64,000 bases of DNA from an uncultured Dictyoglomota bacterium (lineage in GTDB: Bacteria; Dictyoglomota; Dictyoglomia; Dictyoglomales; Dictyoglomaceae), in NCBI GenBank assembly GCA_964654465.1, contig CAZZIO010000022.1, positions 1 to 64,000 of the forward strand, in the 5' to 3' direction. Position numbers and translations under genes: made by a program. Under the pieces are notes generated by a model. It ran no database searches. It saw only the letters and a list, made by a program, of their open reading frames with translations, and had not been told where the DNA came from. Each line of letters starts with the position of its first letter. Positions within the stretch are counted from its first letter, which is position 1. Below are positions 60,390 to 64,000 of this stretch, in pieces.

Positions 60390-61799
60390 TTATTTTATAT
60401 ATGTCTCATTTAATAAATTAGCAACAGCAAGTTTTACCTGTTGAGAAGAAAATCTCTCAACGTTCTTAAGCACGTTATTAATTACCTCCTCTATTTCTTC
60501 CCTAGAAAGTACTTTAATTGCAAAATCATACACTACCTTAAGAGCTTCTCTTAAAAACGCTCTTAATTCATCTTCTTGCGATTTGGCTACATTTTTATAA
60601 AAATAGGGGAAATTAGGCTTAGCTTCAAAAGTTAGATGAGAGAAAAGATGCTTTACATCTGAAAGACTTTCATATATGAACTTATCCCAATCTTTTTTAA
60701 ATTCCTCAGCCTTTCCCTTCTTTTCTAAATTTATAAGTATATCTTGCCAGAAATTAAAGAAATAATTCAAAAAATCAAGTTTTAAATTATCTCCTAAAGG
60801 TAGAACTAATTTTTTATCAATTACTGATTTTACAAGTTGTAATTTTCTTAGTTCACCAAAAGGTAAAATATCAAGCATTTCTCTTAAAACTCTCTTACCA
60901 TCAAAAGACCAAAGAACAATATTTTCTTCAATAATTTCACTATGTTTTATAGGTACATACACCTTCTCCATATAAGGTTCTAATTCTTGGCTAAGAAACA
61001 AGATTTTTCCCGTATCAATAACATTGTTAATCTCAAGCTTTCTATAACTTTCTATAAAATGGAAAACATCCTTTATTACTGAAAAAAATTCAGAATTTGG
61101 AATATCCCTAATTAAAGGAAATATATTAAACCATTCTACTTTTCTATCACGAGTTAGAATTTCAAAAGTAAGTTTATAGGCAGATGGCATTCTATTTAAT
61201 GTATCTGTCCATTTTTTACGAAAATCTCTTTCATTTTCCTTTTCAAGAGTATAAATAAAATATCTCCAGAAAGTATAAACCCAAAACAGATTTAAGTTTT
61301 CGTCTATTCTTAAAAGATTTCTATTTTTTCTAAGCTTTTCAATAATTCTTAAAGTCCTTGCTTCACCATAAGGAGAGTTCAAAATAATTTCCTTTGCAGG
61401 TCTAAGTCCATCAAATAACATTCCTACATACTTTTCTTCTTCATTGAGGTTAGTAATATTAATAAGTAGAAAGATAAGATCACCTAAATATTCAATAAGA
61501 TCAATATCCTTGGACACATCTACAAGTATATGGAGAGGATCTAAACTTAAGTTTGCTTTAGGAGCTTTTTCATCTTGAAAGAAAGTAAAATTTCCTTCTT
61601 TCCATAAAGCAAGTCCTAATATAGCATCATTATCTTCACAGTTATCTGCTTTAATATGCTTAATTCTACCTTCTTCAAAATAGACATCAGTCTTTTTAGT
61701 ACCATGCGTTAACTGTAGTCTTCCTGTTTTTCTACTAAAGGATAAAATCTCAAGAACTTCCCATAATGAAACGCTTTTCAAATCTCCATTTAAACTCAT
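60390..61799 (-). CDS. DUF4388 (PatA-N) domain protein with duplicated wHTH-like module
   Basis: LNGDL..VSLWEVLE...RKTGRL...WKEGNFTF; paralog of 22204..23595. Confidence 0.75.
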   Translation of the reverse strand: MSLNGDLKSVSLWEVLEILSFSRKTGRLQLTHGTKKTDVYFEEGRIKHIKADNCEDNDAILGLALWKEGNFTFFQDEKAPKANLSLDPLHILVDVSKDIDLIEYLGDLIFLLINITNLNEEEKYVGMLFDGLRPAKEIILNSPYGEARTLRIIEKLRKNRNLLRIDENLNLFWVYTFWRYFIYTLEKENERDFRKKWTDTLNRMPSAYKLTFEILTRDRKVEWFNIFPLIRDIPNSEFFSVIKDVFHFIESYRKLEINNVIDTGKILFLSQELEPYMEKVYVPIKHSEIIEENIVLWSFDGKRVLREMLDILPFGELRKLQLVKSVIDKKLVLPLGDNLKLDFLNYFFNFWQDILINLEKKGKAEEFKKDWDKFIYESLSDVKHLFSHLTFEAKPNFPYFYKNVAKSQEDELRAFLREALKVVYDFAIKVLSREEIEEVINNVLKNVERFSSQQVKLAVANLLNETYIK

Positions 61800-61828
61800 A
61801 TTCCTCTCCTCTTCCCTTATTTTTTTAA

Positions 61829-61855
61829 AGGGGAAAGCATTCTCAGCTTTCCCCT
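61829..61855 (-). terminator. Hairpin (terminator of CBM genes or 5' hairpin of DUF4388 mRNA)
   Basis: AGGGGAAAGC-7nt-GCTTTCCCCT, starting about 5 nt after a minus-strand TGTTATAAT. Confidence 0.6.
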
Positions 61856-61906
61856 ATATATTATAACATAGTTTTAAGATAAATTTAAAATTTCCCTTTT
61901 TATAAA

Positions 61907-62569
61907 TTATTTAATAACCTTTGCTACCAATTCGAATAATTTAGGAGTAATTCTAAAGGCACTCTTCCCTTCTACAATCACAAGGTCATCAATATAAAAA
62001 TCGAGAGAAGTATTTGATGGAGCCTCCACATATAAGCTAAGATCAAGAATAGAAACATTAGCAGGAATCTCATAAGTACCAGAAAGCTCTACCCATTTTC
62101 CATTAGGTACGTTATTTTCATGCTTTATCCAATCATATTGAGTGTTAGAATCGGTATCATATTTTCTCTGCATAGTAAGGCCTAAATACTGACTTGATCC
62201 AGATTTTTGCATTACCCATACAGATATGCTATAAACCTTACCTGGCTTTAATATATCCTTCAACTGAATCTGAGCGCCATGCCATCCTGCACTTCTTCCA
62301 GAGACATATAAACTATACTTACCTGTATGTGCCTCTTTATCGGTTACTAAGATCTTCACATTATCCCCTCTTGCTGTCCATCCTTCTTCTTTGGAACTTT
62401 CAAAAGTTGTGATAATTAAAGCGTTAGGAATATTTGGTACTGAAGCAACCTCTTTCTTAATCTCTTCTAAAATTTGATTTTGTTCTGTGTTAGACATAGG
62501 AGCCTTAGCACAGCCAGCAATAAAAAACAATACTATCAATAAAGAACAGATACTAAAGACCCTTTTCAT
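61907..62569 (-). CDS. Lipoprotein with a single CBM22/CBM4_9-like module, no catalytic domain
   Basis: Lipobox FIAGC; FE....GW..RG, GKYSLYVSGR..GWHGAQ, WVELSG.Y, LYVE, FYIDD. Confidence 0.85.
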   Translation of the reverse strand: MKRVFSICSLLIVLFFIAGCAKAPMSNTEQNQILEEIKKEVASVPNIPNALIITTFESSKEEGWTARGDNVKILVTDKEAHTGKYSLYVSGRSAGWHGAQIQLKDILKPGKVYSISVWVMQKSGSSQYLGLTMQRKYDTDSNTQYDWIKHENNVPNGKWVELSGTYEIPANVSILDLSLYVEAPSNTSLDFYIDDLVIVEGKSAFRITPKLFELVAKVIK

Positions 62570-62629
62570 ACTCGGTACCTCCCTTGTTTATAAATTTTTA
62601 GAAATGGTGGAAATTGTTTTTCCTCTCTC

Positions 62630-63451
62630 CTACTTTACCATTAAACCATCTATGTAATAGGACAAAGATTGATCTGGCGATTCAACATAAAGTAAAAGTT
62701 CTATTGCATCAGTAGGTACATTATAAGAACCTGAAAGCTCTACCCATGTCTCATTAGGTACATTCTTTTGCCAGACAATAGTATCATAGTTTGTACTTCC
62801 ATCATTATTCGTTCTTTGCATAGTCAAAGTTATTTTTTGCTCTGATCCAGAATTTTGATAAACCCATACCTTTATACTATAAGTATTACCAGGTTGCAAA
62901 TACTGTACTCCATCTTGAGAAAGTAAAGGTATTTGAGCTCCATGCCAATTACTGCTTCTACCAGATACGAATAAAGAATAATTTCCATATTTTGCCACAT
63001 CAGAATTTATATTTATAGATACCCCTGATCCCCTTGGTTGCCAAGATTGAATGGTTTCGTCCTCAAAACTTGTGCTAACAATTGGAACTTCAATTTGAAA
63101 CTCATTCGATATCCTATTACCCTTATCATTATAAGCTTTTATTCTATAAGAATATACACTATTACGGGAAACACTATCATCAATATAAGAGGTCGTGTTA
63201 GGTTCTAATTGCGCTATTGATTCATATTGACCACTACTTGTTTTTCTTTCTACTATAAACCCATCTTCATTATTAGAATTATCCTTCCATACAAGTTTAA
63301 CTCTTACCTCAGTTAATATGGGATCTACTAATTCAGCAATTAAATTAGAAGGTGCTTCAGGTAGTCCCTCTAATGATGTCTTTGGAGTACAGCCCCCAAT
63401 TAGAATAAAGATACAGAATAATAAACAAAGGACCAATAACTTTTTAAACAT
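62630..63451 (-). CDS. Lipoprotein with fibronectin type III and CBM22/CBM4_9-like modules, no catalytic domain
   Basis: Lipobox LIGGC; FN3 (PEAPSNL, W.DNS.NE.GF.VER, YSYRIKAYN); CBM as in neighbour. Confidence 0.85.
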   Translation of the reverse strand: MFKKLLVLCLLFCIFILIGGCTPKTSLEGLPEAPSNLIAELVDPILTEVRVKLVWKDNSNNEDGFIVERKTSSGQYESIAQLEPNTTSYIDDSVSRNSVYSYRIKAYNDKGNRISNEFQIEVPIVSTSFEDETIQSWQPRGSGVSININSDVAKYGNYSLFVSGRSSNWHGAQIPLLSQDGVQYLQPGNTYSIKVWVYQNSGSEQKITLTMQRTNNDGSTNYDTIVWQKNVPNETWVELSGSYNVPTDAIELLLYVESPDQSLSYYIDGLMVK

Positions 63452-63485
63452 TACTTTGCACCTCCCCTTTATTTAAAAAAGTTTG

Positions 63486-63499
63486 TATAAACGTTTTAG
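63486..63499. promoter_or_regulatory. LacI-like operator candidate
   Basis: TATAAACGTTTTAG upstream of the CBM lipoprotein genes. Confidence 0.45.
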
Positions 63500-63507
63500 A
63501 AAAATAT

Positions 63508-63545
63508 AAAAAGGGGGAGAAGGGATATAATTCCCTTCTCCCTCA
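63508..63545 (-). terminator. Intrinsic terminator/hairpin after SBP gene
   Basis: GGGAGAAGGGA-6nt-TCCCTTCTCCC with U-run on minus strand. Confidence 0.8.
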
Positions 63546-63550
63546 AAATT

Positions 63551-64000
63551 CTATTGTTTAAAGAAAAATTGTTCTGGGAATGAGTTAAGTTCAGATCTAT
63601 AAGGATCATCCCATAGTATTCCAGATGGGACATTTCTTAAATTGTTCTTTACTATTACAAGCTGAGGCAATCCTCCCACTGTTCCAATAATCCAAATATT
63701 CTTTCTATGTAAAGCTATGATTTGCTTTATTATTGTATCTCTCTTTCTTGCATCCACAGTTCTATTAAATTCATCCCATAGATCATATATTTTTCTAATA
63801 TCTCCAGAAGGTTCTTCTCCTTCTTGTCCTTTAGTCCAATACCATCTGGCATAAAGAGGTGCCCAAGGACCATCTGTCCATGTTCCAAGTAATCTTCCTG
63901 CATTTATAGCCACATTACTCATACGATCCATAACCCAAACACCAATTTCTATATCACCTGAATTACAATTTGTGGTATATAAACTTCTATCAACCTGTTT
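63551..64000 (-). CDS. ABC solute-binding protein, family 5 (Opp-type, probably oligosaccharide); 5' truncated by window
   Basis: Frame open to window end (KQVDRSLY...); C-terminus WIIGTVG..P..IVKNNLRNVP...PEQFFFK. Confidence 0.8.
   Translation of the reverse strand, partial: KQVDRSLYTTNCNSGDIEIGVWVMDRMSNVAINAGRLLGTWTDGPWAPLYARWYWTKGQEGEEPSGDIRKIYDLWDEFNRTVDARKRDTIIKQIIALHRKNIWIIGTVGGLPQLVIVKNNLRNVPSGILWDDPYRSELNSFPEQFFFKQ

Noticed and set aside
1-64000. CRISPR arrays, IS elements, prophage or defence genes
   Set aside because: No regularly spaced direct repeats, transposase, integrase or phage-like ORFs found; intergenic gaps are all short

Overview
AT-rich, gene-dense bacterial chromosome segment. 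Its content (GH10 xylanase, class I xylose isomerase, GH13 amylase, TtuA tRNA thiolation, OFOR, class III RNR) and Lys/Glu/Ile-rich proteins suggest a thermophilic anaerobic polysaccharide degrader, most consistent with Dictyoglomus (inferred, no search run). It holds about 58 CDS, two tRNA-Ser genes, a TPP-riboswitch-controlled thiSGHFECD operon, two CUT2 sugar ABC systems, a Zn ABC system, nrdR-nrdD-nrdG with tandem NrdR boxes, and c-di-GMP enzymes. No mobile element, prophage or CRISPR array was seen. Most notable: (1) a cluster of a C-terminally capped ubiquitin-like sulfur carrier (GG-SI), TtuA, a JAB/MPN protease and a SPASM radical SAM enzyme; (2) three genes that apparently start at ATT, ATC or ATA behind strong SD sequences, alongside several apparently leaderless genes; (3) an orphan NuoE/NuoF-like pair that has lost Fe-S ligands; (4) two DUF4388 paralogs with an internally duplicated module; (5) two non-catalytic CBM lipoproteins; (6) an orphan perfect SD plus 3' hairpin bracketing a sugar-binding-protein gene; (7) a structured GC-rich leader before the amylase gene.
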